From a plasmid, in the sequence record NZ_CP085281.1: a DNA stretch of 64,000 nt, one strand, 5' to 3'. Under the pieces are notes generated by a model that saw only the letters and a list, made by a program, of their open reading frames with translations, was not told the origin of the DNA and did not search any database. The position numbers were made by a program, and so were the translations under genes. Shown here piece by piece: positions 19,589 to 29,021 of the stretch; position 1 is the stretch's first letter, and the number at the start of each line of letters is the position of its first letter.

Positions 19589-20115
19589 CGGTCCAGCGCT
19601 GCGTTCGTCCACTCGGCCATGAACCAGTCCCAGTGCGGGCGAATTCTCCGACCGTCCTGCGCCTTCCACAGGCGCAGGGTCTCGACGCGCACGGTGTCGA
19701 CGCGGGCACCGTTGCGCAGCTCGACTGGGCGACCCAGGGTGATCCACTGCCCTCGCGCGGCGAGCGCGTCGCGGCGTTTCTGTTGGTAGTGGGCCGCTTC
19801 GGCCCTCCACTGACGGGCGTACTCACCTTGGGGCGCGGCCAGAACGCTGGCGCCGACACCGATCGCGATGGGCCCCATGGTTTCGTCCATCATCTTGATC
19901 ACGACATCGCCGCGGTATTGGGCGAACAGGGTGATCGATGCCCAGACCTGACCGCTGGCCTCTCGGTGCGCGGCAAAGTACCTGCCTGTCCACTCGCATC
20001 CGTCGCCCGGTGCGCTGTTGGAGGCGATGACCTCGGCGCGGGTTCCGCGTACGTGTTGGGCGACTTCCGCGCGGGCTGAGCTGCCATACGGAATGGCGTA
20101 ACTGATTGATCCCAT
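19585..20115 (-). CDS. hypothetical protein (~176 aa)
   Basis: ATG at 20115 with GAGGGGAG RBS. The track ORF extends to 20247. Confidence 0.45.
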   Translation of the reverse strand: MGSISYAIPYGSSARAEVAQHVRGTRAEVIASNSAPGDGCEWTGRYFAAHREASGQVWASITLFAQYRGDVVIKMMDETMGPIAIGVGASVLAAPQGEYARQWRAEAAHYQQKRRDALAARGQWITLGRPVELRNGARVDTVRVETLRLWKAQDGRRIRPHWDWFMAEWTNAALDR

Positions 20116-20231
20116 GGTGTTGACTCCCCTCTTTGGGTGCTGGTGACCGAGTGCGCACACTGGGCCGTTTACGTTGATGCTCTGTGTTGCAACTGTTTGC
20201 GCGTGTTCCGCCGGTCCGGCGATCCCGGCAC

Positions 20232-20804
20232 TCAGGCCGGGTTCCACTCCTGGGCGGTGTCATCGGTGCCGACGAATTGGTACTGGCACGTGTAGCAGCG
20301 GGCGGTGCGCAGTGCTCTGTTGATCCAGTAGCCGAAGTGGCGGTGCGAGCTGTCAGGGGTCGGTTCGGCGACGCCGATGGTGCGCAGTACGGCGTTGGCC
20401 ACGCCACAGACTTCATCGAGGTGTTCGCGTGCGCCACGGCGGGCGTCTGTGTCGTCGCCGACGCGCGCAACTTCGGTCCATCCACTGGTGAGCCCGATGA
20501 GGCGTTGATCGCCGACGGCGTTCCTGAGTACGGCGTAGAAGCCGCTGACTTCGGCATCGTCGTCGCCGTTGACCTGGAGGTCGAAGTTGGCGTCGCCTTG
20601 GATGACGCGGGCTTGTTGCGCGTCGTGCACAAGGTCCGACAGTGCTGTGCCGGCGCACGGATCGGTCCACTTGGGTACCTCGCACTGCAACTGGTCGCCT
20701 TTGGCCACACACCATCGGTCGAAGGCGTCCTCGTCGAGGCTGAACAGGGTGATCTGGTCGGCGTTGAGGGTGACGGTGAAGGCGGGTGCTGCGCCAGTGT
20801 TCAT
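20232..20804 (-). CDS. hypothetical protein (190 aa)
   Basis: AGGAGA RBS. First gene of the co-directional array. Confidence 0.55.
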   Translation of the reverse strand: MNTGAAPAFTVTLNADQITLFSLDEDAFDRWCVAKGDQLQCEVPKWTDPCAGTALSDLVHDAQQARVIQGDANFDLQVNGDDDAEVSGFYAVLRNAVGDQRLIGLTSGWTEVARVGDDTDARRGAREHLDEVCGVANAVLRTIGVAEPTPDSSHRHFGYWINRALRTARCYTCQYQFVGTDDTAQEWNPA

Positions 20805-21088
20805 GGTGTCTCCTGCGGTGGTGTGGGACCGGGCACTCGTGTCCGGCCGGAGGTGTGTCGGTGTGCTTGCTCGACGATCTCAGTTTAGTCGAGAGCACTG
20901 ACAGGAGCGGGTGTGCGAGCACACGTCTCTGCCCCGGACCCGCGTAGTGGGCCGGTTCCGCCACGGCGGTGGTGGCCACCTTCCTGGTGCGGTTCTCCGC
21001 CGTTCCGGCCCGATCGAGTCGGTTGGCTTGCTTCTCGGCAGACCAACTCGAGAGTGGTAGCTCTCTGGTCCGGCGCTTGCCGTACGTC

Positions 21089-21430
21089 TCAGCTTGCGCC
21101 GGGCATTTCGTCGGTGTATCCGGGTTCGTCGCTGGGGTCTCGTGCGAGGTTGTAGAAGTGGCCGTAGGCGTGCTCGCGGGTGTAGTCGGGATGCTTGGCG
21201 AGCTGCGCGGCGTACCACTGGTCGAAGTCCGGTGCGTTCGGCGGGGTGAACGGTGGCGGCCCGATGTGCGGCCCCCATGACAGCACTGCCGGCGGCGACT
21301 GCTCGGCGATACGTGTTTGCAGTGTGCGCTGCTGCGCCTCCAGGGCAGCCACCTCAGCGCCGGATCGGGCTGCCTTGGCCCTGCAGTCACCGCTGCACCG
21401 TTGTGGGCGGTCACGTCCCGTGGAGTGGTG
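21089..21430 (-). CDS. hypothetical protein, 5' end possibly truncated by IS256-family insertion
   Basis: The track ORF 21089..21472 begins with GTG inside the inferred IS terminus, directly abutting the transposase stop. Confidence 0.3.
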   Translation of the reverse strand, partial: HHSTGRDRPQRCSGDCRAKAARSGAEVAALEAQQRTLQTRIAEQSPPAVLSWGPHIGPPPFTPPNAPDFDQWYAAQLAKHPDYTREHAYGHFYNLARDPSDEPGYTDEMPGAS

Positions 21431-22771
21431 TAAGAGCGGTCGCGTGTCCGCGTGTGGCTCTGTGGTAGCCACTATGCCGTGAGAGCGGCTGTGGGGGCAA
21501 TGGTTTCGGCACTTTGGTCACTGACGTCGAGCAGAGCGAGGCTGGTCTCGGAGAGGTAGCGCTTGTCGGCGACCTGCCATTCGTCGTGGGCCTCAACGAG
21601 TACCGAGCCGGCCAGCCGTAACAGCGCGGCGGGGTTGGGGAACACGCCGACGACGTCGGTGCGGCGTTTGATTTCCTTGTTCAATCGCTCCAGTGGGTTG
21701 GTTGACCAGATCTTTTTCCAGTGGGCCACCGGGAAGTCGGCGAAGGCGGTGATGTCGGCGGCGGCCTCGCGCAACATGGTTTCGACCTTGGGGAACTGGC
21801 GGCCGAGCATGCCGGCGATGGTGTCGAGTTGTTCGCGCACGTGCTCGGCGTCTGGCTGGGCGAAGACGGTGCGGATCGCGGCGGCGACCATCTCTGCGGA
21901 GCCCTTGGGCACTTGGGCGAGCACGTTGCGCAGGAAGTGCACTCGACACCGCTGCCAGGCGGCCCCGATCAGCACGGCGTCAATGGCACTGCGCAGTCCG
22001 GCATGGGCATCGGAGATGACCAGTTGGACTCCGGCCAGACCGCGGGATTTCAACGACCGCAAAAACGCGGTCCAGAACGCCCCGTCCTCGGAGTCTCCGA
22101 CCTCAAAGCCCAGTACCTCGCGGCGCCCGTCAGCGGCCACCCCGGTGGCGATGACCACCGCCTGCGACACCACCCGATGATTCACCCGGGCCTTGCAGTA
22201 GGTGGCGTCGAGGAAGACATACGGAAAGCGCTGATCACCCAACGGCCGGTCCCGGAAGGCCGCGACCTCGGTGTCGAGGTCTTTGCAGATCCGGCTGACC
22301 TCGCTTTTGGAGATCCCGGTATCGGTACCCAGTGCCTTGACCAGATCGTCGACCTTGCGGGTGGAGGTGCCGTGCAGGTAGGCCTCCATCACCACCGCGA
22401 ACAAGCACTGATCGACCCGGCGACGCCGCTCCAACAACGCCGGGAAAAATGACCCGGTGCGCAGCTTGGGAATCCGCAGTTCCAGGTCCCCTGCGACCGT
22501 GGACAGCGTGCGCGGACGCGAGCCGTTGCGCTGATTGGAGCGGGTCTCGGTGCGCTCATGGGGAGAAGCCCCGATGAACGCGGTCAACTCCGCGTCGATC
22601 AAGGCTTGGTAGATCGTTTCGGCGGCTTGAGTGATCCGCTCACCGGCATCGGCGGTGCGCAGTGCGTCGAGCACCTCCAGCAAGGCAGACTGGTCCAGGG
22701 CCATCGCGATGTTCCTCTCGGTAGTGATTCTTGGTCGTTTCACCACAGAGACTCACGCGATGGCCCTCTTA
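21430..22771 (-). mobile_element. IS256-family insertion sequence (IS1081-like)
   Basis: Single Mutator-type transposase. Imperfect terminal inverted repeats ('gtaagagcggtcgcgtgtccgcgtgtggctctgtggta' at the left end versus rc of 'taccacagag.c.cacgcg...ctcttac' at the right end). Exact ends are approximate. Confidence 0.7.
21472..22746 (-). CDS. IS256-family (Mutator-type) transposase
   Basis: Near full-length similarity to IS1081 transposase: 'SNQRNG.R.R', 'DAHAGL', 'WQRCRVHF', 'NPLERLNKEIKRRTDVVGVFPN'. Confidence 0.9.
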   Translation of the reverse strand: MVKRPRITTERNIAMALDQSALLEVLDALRTADAGERITQAAETIYQALIDAELTAFIGASPHERTETRSNQRNGSRPRTLSTVAGDLELRIPKLRTGSFFPALLERRRRVDQCLFAVVMEAYLHGTSTRKVDDLVKALGTDTGISKSEVSRICKDLDTEVAAFRDRPLGDQRFPYVFLDATYCKARVNHRVVSQAVVIATGVAADGRREVLGFEVGDSEDGAFWTAFLRSLKSRGLAGVQLVISDAHAGLRSAIDAVLIGAAWQRCRVHFLRNVLAQVPKGSAEMVAAAIRTVFAQPDAEHVREQLDTIAGMLGRQFPKVETMLREAAADITAFADFPVAHWKKIWSTNPLERLNKEIKRRTDVVGVFPNPAALLRLAGSVLVEAHDEWQVADKRYLSETSLALLDVSDQSAETIAPTAALTA

Positions 22772-22968
22772 CGTCAGGGACCGACACGCCGCCATCACTT
22801 ACACCACTCCCCGGGACGCTCCCTTGTGGGCCACCGGGATCATGGCTTGCCTTGCACATGGTTCCTCCAATTGGGTGTTTGGACGTCTCGTAGTTGAAGT
22901 ACCGGCATGGGGCGGCGTTTCCGTCACCCGTGGGCGTCTCGATTTTCTGGTGACAGTGGTTCCCCGGA

Positions 22969-23340
22969 TCAAGGCGCCGGGGTGTCTGGGGTGGTATCCG
23001 GCTGCCAGAGGGCTCTGCTACGCACGGTGATACGTCGCCGGCCCCGGCAGGTGGTGCATGGCCCGGGGATTCCACGCCTGGTGCTGAACAGGCGGCCTCG
23101 ACAGTCTGGGCAGACCACTGTCAGGGTGATGGCGCCGGGATGGTGTTGGGTGGCCCTGGTCCAGCCGTTCCAGGCGCGGCGCCAAGTGCCGAATTCCTCG
23201 GGCTGGTGCGCCGTCCATCGGGCGAATTCGCGTCGCACATCGTTCACTTCGGCGGTCATTGGCCGCAGGTCGGGCAGGGCCAAGGCGAGGAGGTGGTGGG
23301 GAAGCCGATGGATTTCGTGGGCAATCGCCTGGTTGGGCAT
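22969..23340 (-). CDS. hypothetical small CxxC protein (123 aa)
   Basis: ORF between the IS256 and IS21 elements with CPDC...CTTC motifs. Weak support. Confidence 0.25.
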   Translation of the reverse strand: MPNQAIAHEIHRLPHHLLALALPDLRPMTAEVNDVRREFARWTAHQPEEFGTWRRAWNGWTRATQHHPGAITLTVVCPDCRGRLFSTRRGIPGPCTTCRGRRRITVRSRALWQPDTTPDTPAP

Positions 23341-23759
23341 GGTTGCCTTTCGCGTTGGGTGACCAGGCACTCATGCCAGGCCGAATTGTGCAGTGATGTT
23401 GCGGCTTTGAGTGTAGTCGGGCGCTCCGACATGTCGGCTGGCCGGGCGCGCGGCGGCCGGCGACTGCGGGGCCGTGGATGCGGCAGTTGCGGTTGTCCTG
23501 CGGCCGCGTCAGGAGTGGGTGCCCCACCAGGTGTAGAGCTGGTCGAGTGTGGGGCCTTGCGGTCCTGCTTCGGTGACGTTGAGTAGGGACTGAGCGTCGG
23601 TGGTCCAGACCACGGCGGCCTGTCCTGCTCGGGTGCCGCAGAACAGCGTTCCGGCCACCGTGTTTGGTGCGGCGTTGCGCCGCCACGCACCGGGTGTTCA
23701 CTCACCCTTTCGACAGTTGTCGACAAACCTGGTTGGACGTGGTGCAATTGCCTCCATTT

Positions 23760-23885
23760 GCTCCCCGCGGGGTGAGCCTGTCGGCGGACATGAAAAACTG
23801 CCCACTGGCGGACATGAAAGTGCCCGTTCGCGGCCAATAAGAACTGCCCACCGGCGGATACGAAAGTGCCCGCAGGCGGCCATGA
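23760..23885 (+). repeat. IS21 left-end multiple subterminal direct repeats
   Basis: Three to four copies of approximately 'ggc.gacatgaaa..tgccc...', mirrored at the right end. Confidence 0.6.
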
Positions 23886-24015
23886 ATCTGCCCAGACCTA
23901 CTTGATGTCGTTCGGCGCGTCTGCGCTGGGGCGGCCTCTCCTGCGGTTTCGATGTCGATGCCTAGTCGACCCGACAACCCCAGGAGAGACCTACTTGAAG
24001 TCTGACGGAGAACTC

Positions 24016-25512
24016 ATGGAAATACTCAATGCCTACGACCTGACCGGGTCCTACCGCGCCGCGGCCGAGCTGTGTGGGTGCTCGCACCACACCGTGAAGA
24101 AAGCGGTCGAGGATCGCAACGCTGGGCTGCCCCCGGCCACGCGGCGGGCCCGGATGATCGATGATTGGCGCGACCTGCTGGAAACCTGGGTCGCTGATTC
24201 GAAGGGCAAGATCCGCGGCGACAAAGCCCACGACAAGCTGGTGGCGTTGGGCTACACCGGCACCGACCGCACCACCCGCCGTTCGTTGGCGGAGATCAAA
24301 GCGCAATGGCGCCTTGGCAATACACGCGTGCACCGGCCCTGGATCACCGAGCCAGGACTGTGGCTACAGTACGACTTCGCCGACGGCCCCCTTGTCGCCG
24401 GCCGCAAGATCGTGCTGCTCGTGGCGTGGCTGGCGTGGAGCCGCTACCGCGTCGTGGTGGCTTTGCGGGACCGCACCGCACCCAGTGTCTTCGCCGGCCT
24501 GGACCGCATCTTTCGCATCGTCGGTGGTGCTCCGACCTACCTGCTCACCGACAACGAGAAGACCGTCACCACTGGACACATCGCCGGAGTTCCGGTCCGC
24601 AACCGGGCCGCGGTCACCTTCGGCCGCTACTACGGCCTTTCGGTGCTGACGTGTGAACCCGCCGACCCAGCCACCAAGGGTGGGGTGGAGAACGCGGTGA
24701 AGCTCGCCAAAGCCGACATCGTGCCTACTGAGACCAACCTCCTGCCGCAGTACGACTCGTTCGCCGACGTCGAAGCCGCATGCGCCGGTTTCACCACCGA
24801 GATCAACGCCCGCGTGCACCGGATCACGGGACGCCGGCCGGCCGAGATGCTCATTCAGGAACGCCCGGCCCTGCACGCGGTTCCTGACCTGCCCCACACC
24901 GCCGCGTTGGGGGTGACCCGCCGGGTTCCCGACAACACCCCGATGGTCACCTTCGACCACTGCCAATACTCGCTGCCCGCAACTCTTCTGGGCCAGACAG
25001 TGTGGATCCGTGACCACGACGGCACCGATGAGGTGGTGATCTGCGCTCTTGATGGCGGCGGCCCGGTGGAGGTGGCGCGGCATCGCCGCGCCGCCCCCGG
25101 TAGTCCCGCCATCAACGATGACCACTTCCCTGAGCATCGGGACAAGGTGCCCGGTGATTACCGGGTGCGGGCCCGCACTGTCAGTGAGCAGACCTTCCTG
25201 GCGCTGGGGCCGGGTGCGGCGGTGTGGCTCAAAGAAGCCGCCGCCGTCGGCACCGAACGGATCCTGCAGAAGATGGCCCACGCGGTGGAACTGTCGGCGT
25301 TAACCGGCCGCGCCGATGTCGACTGGGCGCTCGGGCATGCTGGCGTGCACGGTCGCTTCGCCACCGGTGACCTTGATTCCATCCTCGCCAGCAAGGGCAT
25401 GGACACCACTCGCCGCGGCGCCGACGAAGACACCTCCCTGGCGCAAGGAACCAGTGGGTGGAACTTATTCGGCCGCAACGTTATCGACGCTGACGAGGCA
25501 GGCATCGCGTGA
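24016..25512 (+). CDS. istA: IS21-family transposase IstA
   Basis: N-terminal HTH ('LCGCSHHTVKKAV') followed by a DDE integrase core ('YDFADGP', 'LLTDNEKTV', 'GGVENAVKLAK'). Confidence 0.9.
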   Translation: MEILNAYDLTGSYRAAAELCGCSHHTVKKAVEDRNAGLPPATRRARMIDDWRDLLETWVADSKGKIRGDKAHDKLVALGYTGTDRTTRRSLAEIKAQWRLGNTRVHRPWITEPGLWLQYDFADGPLVAGRKIVLLVAWLAWSRYRVVVALRDRTAPSVFAGLDRIFRIVGGAPTYLLTDNEKTVTTGHIAGVPVRNRAAVTFGRYYGLSVLTCEPADPATKGGVENAVKLAKADIVPTETNLLPQYDSFADVEAACAGFTTEINARVHRITGRRPAEMLIQERPALHAVPDLPHTAALGVTRRVPDNTPMVTFDHCQYSLPATLLGQTVWIRDHDGTDEVVICALDGGGPVEVARHRRAAPGSPAINDDHFPEHRDKVPGDYRVRARTVSEQTFLALGPGAAVWLKEAAAVGTERILQKMAHAVELSALTGRADVDWALGHAGVHGRFATGDLDSILASKGMDTTRRGADEDTSLAQGTSGWNLFGRNVIDADEAGIA

Positions 25513-26285
25513 CTACCACCACGACCACCGCGTCGCTACCCGCCGACGTCGAAGCGCTGATGCGTGGGCTGCGGTTGCCGCACGCCCGCGCGATCGCCGC
25601 CGACGTGCTGGCCACTGCCCGAGCTCAACGCTGGGACCCCACCGAGGTGATCAAAGCGCTGCTGACCGAGGAGTCCGCCGGCCGGGCCCGGTCCATGCTG
25701 GCCGCCCGCCGCAAAGCCGCCGGCTTCCCGACCGGGAAGACATTCGACGTGTGGGACCCCAATGCGTCGTCGATCCCGTTACCGACCCAGCAGGCGCTAC
25801 AGACCCTGGAGTGGGTGGGTCGTCGGGAGAACCTGGTGGTCTGCGGGCCCGCTGGCACCGGCAAGACGTTCTTCCTCGAAGCGTTGGGGCAGAAGGTCAT
25901 CGAAGCCGGGATGCCGGTGGCGTGGTTCACCCTCGAGCAGATCGGGGTCCTGGTTCGGGCGCACCGCGCTGACGATTCGTTGGGCAAGGCCGTGGCCAAG
26001 ATCGTGCGTGCCGAGCTCGTGGTGATTGACGACGTTGGACTGTTGCCCGTCGGTGCCGATGCCGCTGAAGGGCTCTACCGCATCGTCGAGGCCGCCTATG
26101 AACGGCGCTCGGTGGCGATCTCATCGAACCTGCACCCCAGTGGTTTCGATGAGCTGATGCCCAAGACGTTGGCGACTGCCACCGTGGACCGGCTGCTGCA
26201 TCACGCGCACCTGTGCCAGACCAGCGGAGACTCCGTGCGGCTGGCCCAAGCCCTGCACGGGAAGGGAGTCAAACCCTTGAGCTGA
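25509..26285 (+). CDS. istB: IS21-family ATP-binding helper IstB
   Basis: Walker A 'GPAGTGKT', Walker B 'LVVIDDVG' and the IstB signature 'TVDRLLHHAHL'. Confidence 0.9.
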   Translation: MTTTTTTASLPADVEALMRGLRLPHARAIAADVLATARAQRWDPTEVIKALLTEESAGRARSMLAARRKAAGFPTGKTFDVWDPNASSIPLPTQQALQTLEWVGRRENLVVCGPAGTGKTFFLEALGQKVIEAGMPVAWFTLEQIGVLVRAHRADDSLGKAVAKIVRAELVVIDDVGLLPVGADAAEGLYRIVEAAYERRSVAISSNLHPSGFDELMPKTLATATVDRLLHHAHLCQTSGDSVRLAQALHGKGVKPLS

Positions 26286-26329
26286 CAACGGCCTCAACCA
26301 CCGGTGGCGGACACACCCTAATGGGCAGA

Positions 26330-26416
26330 TTCGTGTCCGCCACTGGGCAGTTCTTATTGGCCACCTACGGGCAGTTCTCATGTCCGCCCACGGGCAGTTT
26401 CAGCTGTCCATTGACA
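26330..26416 (+). repeat. IS21 right-end subterminal repeats
   Basis: 'gggcagttcttattggcc' and 'gggcagtt..' repeats are the reverse complement of the left-end repeats. Confidence 0.6.
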
Positions 26417-26599
26417 TGAGCCGCGGTCGGCAACTTTCTGACATCCTCACCGACGCGCTTCCCGCACCCGCTCCGACGGGAGCACCGCGGCTGCAGCGGC
26501 GACGATGCGATCGACCTCGTCACGATCGCGCACGTGGCCGGCCAGTCGGTCACCACCGGGCGAGCGGGATAGCGTGCTCGCCAATCAGACTGCGCCCTC

Positions 26600-27129
26600 T
26601 GCGATTCCGTGGGATCGTCCACCACGGGCGCGCCATCGATGAGATGTTGCGGTCGGATCTGGATGTCCCGAAAGAGCAACGCCCCACCGCGCGAAAGGTT
26701 TTGGCACGTCTGGTCGATGAGCATGACGCGGACGGCTTGTCGTATTCGACGGTGTGCGACCACGTTCGGAAACGTCGCCCGCAGATCGCGGCGGAGGCGG
26801 GTCGGCCGTTGGAAGCAAGGGTTTGTGCCCCAGACGTATCGGCCCGGTACTGAGGCCGAGGTCGATTTCCATGATCTGTGGGTGGTGCTGGCCGGGGTGA
26901 AGACCACGACCGCGCTGTTCACCATGCGGCTGTCGTTCTCCGGGTGGGCAGCGCACCGACCCAAGGCCAGGAGGCGTTCTTGGAAGGCCACGTCTACGGG
27001 TTCGCCCGCCTGGGCAGGGTACCGGTCGACAAGATCCGCTACGACAACCTCAACAGCGCGGTCAAGCAGGTGCTGTTCGGGCGGTCTGCTGGGCGGATTA
27101 TGCACCCGCAACCGTTTCGCGGGATGTGA
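26600..27129 (+). pseudogene. IS21-family IstA remnant (5'-truncated, at least 2 frameshifts)
   Basis: IstA-like pieces sit in three frames: '...SYSTVCDHVRKRRPQ', 'YRPGTEAEVDFHDLWVV...FTMRLSFSG' and 'EAFLEGHVYGFARLGRVPVDKIRYDNLNSAVKQV'. Distinct from the intact istA and lacks the N-terminal HTH. Confidence 0.6.
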
Positions 27130-27329
27130 GCTTTGCGCTTCCCGCCCACCACCCGGCTCGGACTTCCCCGCAGGCGGTCGCTGACTGAGCACATCCGCCG
27201 ATACTGCGATAGGCTTATTCCACGTCGTGCACGCTCGGTTAAGCGGACAGCCCGAGAACGCGGCGGACGGTCGGCGCGGCCCGCCTCACTCGTGGTAAAC
27301 ACCATGTCGTCTAACTGATCGGTCCTCTA

Positions 27330-27782
27330 ATGAGCGTTGCAGCCAGTGCTGACCCGTCTCCTATCGGCTATGTCATCGAATGCCGCGGCGCATGGGTGCG
27401 GGCCCAGATCCGCAGTGTCGCCTCGGTCATCTCTGTCACGGGAGGTCTTGATGGGGCCAACGTCGAGGCCGTGCTGGGCCACCTCAGTCGATTCACCACC
27501 CTGGGCAGCCCGTTGATCGTCGATGTCGACAGCGCCGACATCGGTGACAGCGCGGCCTTCGAGCATCTGCTGGCGACCTTCGGCGCCCAGTGCCGCCGCC
27601 ACAGCATCGAGTGGGTGCTGGTCGCCAAGGCTGACCGTTGCCACCTGTCACCGACCGATGAGCAGCACGTCCTGCACGCCGATTCGGTAGCTGAGGGCTT
27701 GCAGCACTTCGTCTGGGCCAGCCACGCACGCCGAAACATTCCCCAGGCCCGAAAAACGAGGGGCTCGGGTCGGGGTCGCTGA
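27330..27782 (+). CDS. STAS-domain protein (anti-sigma-factor antagonist-like)
   Basis: 'VISVTGGLDGANVEAVLGHLSRF...LIVDVDSADIGDSAAFEHLL' is STAS-like. Confidence 0.45.
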   Translation: MSVAASADPSPIGYVIECRGAWVRAQIRSVASVISVTGGLDGANVEAVLGHLSRFTTLGSPLIVDVDSADIGDSAAFEHLLATFGAQCRRHSIEWVLVAKADRCHLSPTDEQHVLHADSVAEGLQHFVWASHARRNIPQARKTRGSGRGR

Positions 27783-27989
27783 TGCTGCGGGTGCGGAGCC
27801 ACTGCCTCGGGCCACGGATCCGACGATTGCCTGCAGCGTTAGACGGCGCCTCTCTGTGTCAAGAGCCTGGTATCGGGGTCGGTTGTAGGGTGGCTGCTGG
27901 TAGGCCCGGGAAGTGACTTGTCCGAAGCGTGAGTGTGCGGGGTTTGAGCTGGCCGCGCTGGATGTTGGAGTTGCCCCCGAGTGTCCTCC

Positions 27990-28157
27990 CGGGCCTGCCC
28001 CAAGTCTGGCTGCGTCGCGGATGAGCTGTCGGTAGACGACGTCGGAGAGGCGTCGTTTGAGGCAGCGCAACGCTTCTCGGTGGCACTTTCCGGCAGCGCG
28101 TTTTCTTCGGTAGTAGGCCCGCCCCGGGGTCTCACGGGCGATCTGAGTGATGGCCAT
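27990..28157 (-). pseudogene. IS110-family transposase C-terminal fragment
   Basis: 'YYRRKRAAGKCHREALRCLKRRLSDVVYRQL' matches the conserved C-terminus of IS110/IS116/IS902 transposases. No upstream body. Confidence 0.5.
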
Positions 28158-28277
28158 CGTGTGCAGGCAGCAGTTGTTCTCGACGCGCTATAACGGGGAA
28201 TCAGTTGGGGCGGTGCTGTATTGGTCGACGGCCCCTATCGTTGATGGGTATGTTTGCCGCGGAGGCGAAGGCGCGGT

Positions 28278-28985
28278 CTACGGGCGGTGTCGCTGGGTAC
28301 CGATATGAAGGATTGCGGTCCCGAGGACGTCTGCGGCTTTGAAAGCCACGCTGGCTCCCGCGAGAACCGGCGCGGCGGCTTGAAATCCTGGAACTAGGGC
28401 TGCCCCGTAGGCTGCGAGTGAGGCACCACCGGAGGCCACCTCGAGTAACCCGCTGACGGGATGGCCGTGAGACGCCGAATTCACTCCTGTCTGGAGGTTG
28501 GTAATCGCCCCCGTCGGGGTGGCCGCGCCACTTAGCTGGACCAATTGCCTGCCGACGGATACCACTTCGCTGATGGCAGCGCTGACAGACGGCACTGCGG
28601 CGGTGCTGACAGACCGTCGTGCGCCCGACATAGTGGCAAGCGCGGGTGAGGTAGACGGCGAGCTTACCGTGTTCGCGCTCAGGACAGTACGGATCGTGGT
28701 GAGTCCTCCGGGCGCCTTATGGGCAGCAGCAGTGAGTGAGTCAATGTGGACAGCAGTGGGTGTGGCATTTGATGATTTGCTGGCAGCGGCTGGGTTGCTG
28801 GTGTTGCTGCTTGACGACGGTTCGGAGTTGGGAGCACCGACTTTCACCGATGTGATGTGAGAGCTGCTTGATTGTTTACTAGGTGACGAGTTGCCGGGCG
28901 CGGCGTCCGCGTGCGCTACCCCCGACCCGCTGGCCAGCGTGGCGGCACCCACACCCAGCGTGACTGCGCCTGCTCCCAGCCACAC
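28278..28985 (-). CDS. secreted Ser/Ala-rich low-complexity protein
   Basis: Signal peptide 'MWLGAGAVTLGVGAATLASGSGVAHA'. Ser/Ala/Thr-rich body. The start abuts the IS3 left end. Confidence 0.45.
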   Translation of the reverse strand: MWLGAGAVTLGVGAATLASGSGVAHADAAPGNSSPSKQSSSSHITSVKVGAPNSEPSSSSNTSNPAAASKSSNATPTAVHIDSLTAAAHKAPGGLTTIRTVLSANTVSSPSTSPALATMSGARRSVSTAAVPSVSAAISEVVSVGRQLVQLSGAATPTGAITNLQTGVNSASHGHPVSGLLEVASGGASLAAYGAALVPGFQAAAPVLAGASVAFKAADVLGTAILHIGTQRHRP

Positions 28986-29021
28986 GTACCCTGGGCTTGA
29001 CCCCGTTTAGTGGACACAGGG

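Larger units (their letters stand above)
23717..26416 (+). mobile_element. IS21-family insertion sequence (intact: istA + istB)
   Basis: Termini 'tgtcgacaaa' at 23717 and rc 'tgtcaatgga' at 26416. Multiple subterminal repeats ('ggccaataagaactgccca', 'cggacatgaaa.tgccc') at both ends. istA and istB overlap by ATGA. Confidence 0.8.

Noticed and set aside
19823-21414. Long minus-strand ORFs 19823..20710 and 20413..21414 (295 and 333 aa)
   Set aside because: Extremely Arg/Pro/Ser/Thr-rich, overlapping the better-supported operon genes in another frame. GC-skew artefacts.
23018-23837. ORFs 23018..23701 and 23256..23837 upstream of and across the IS21 left end
   Set aside because: Low-complexity Arg/Pro-rich translations that span the IS21 terminal repeats. 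Not coding.
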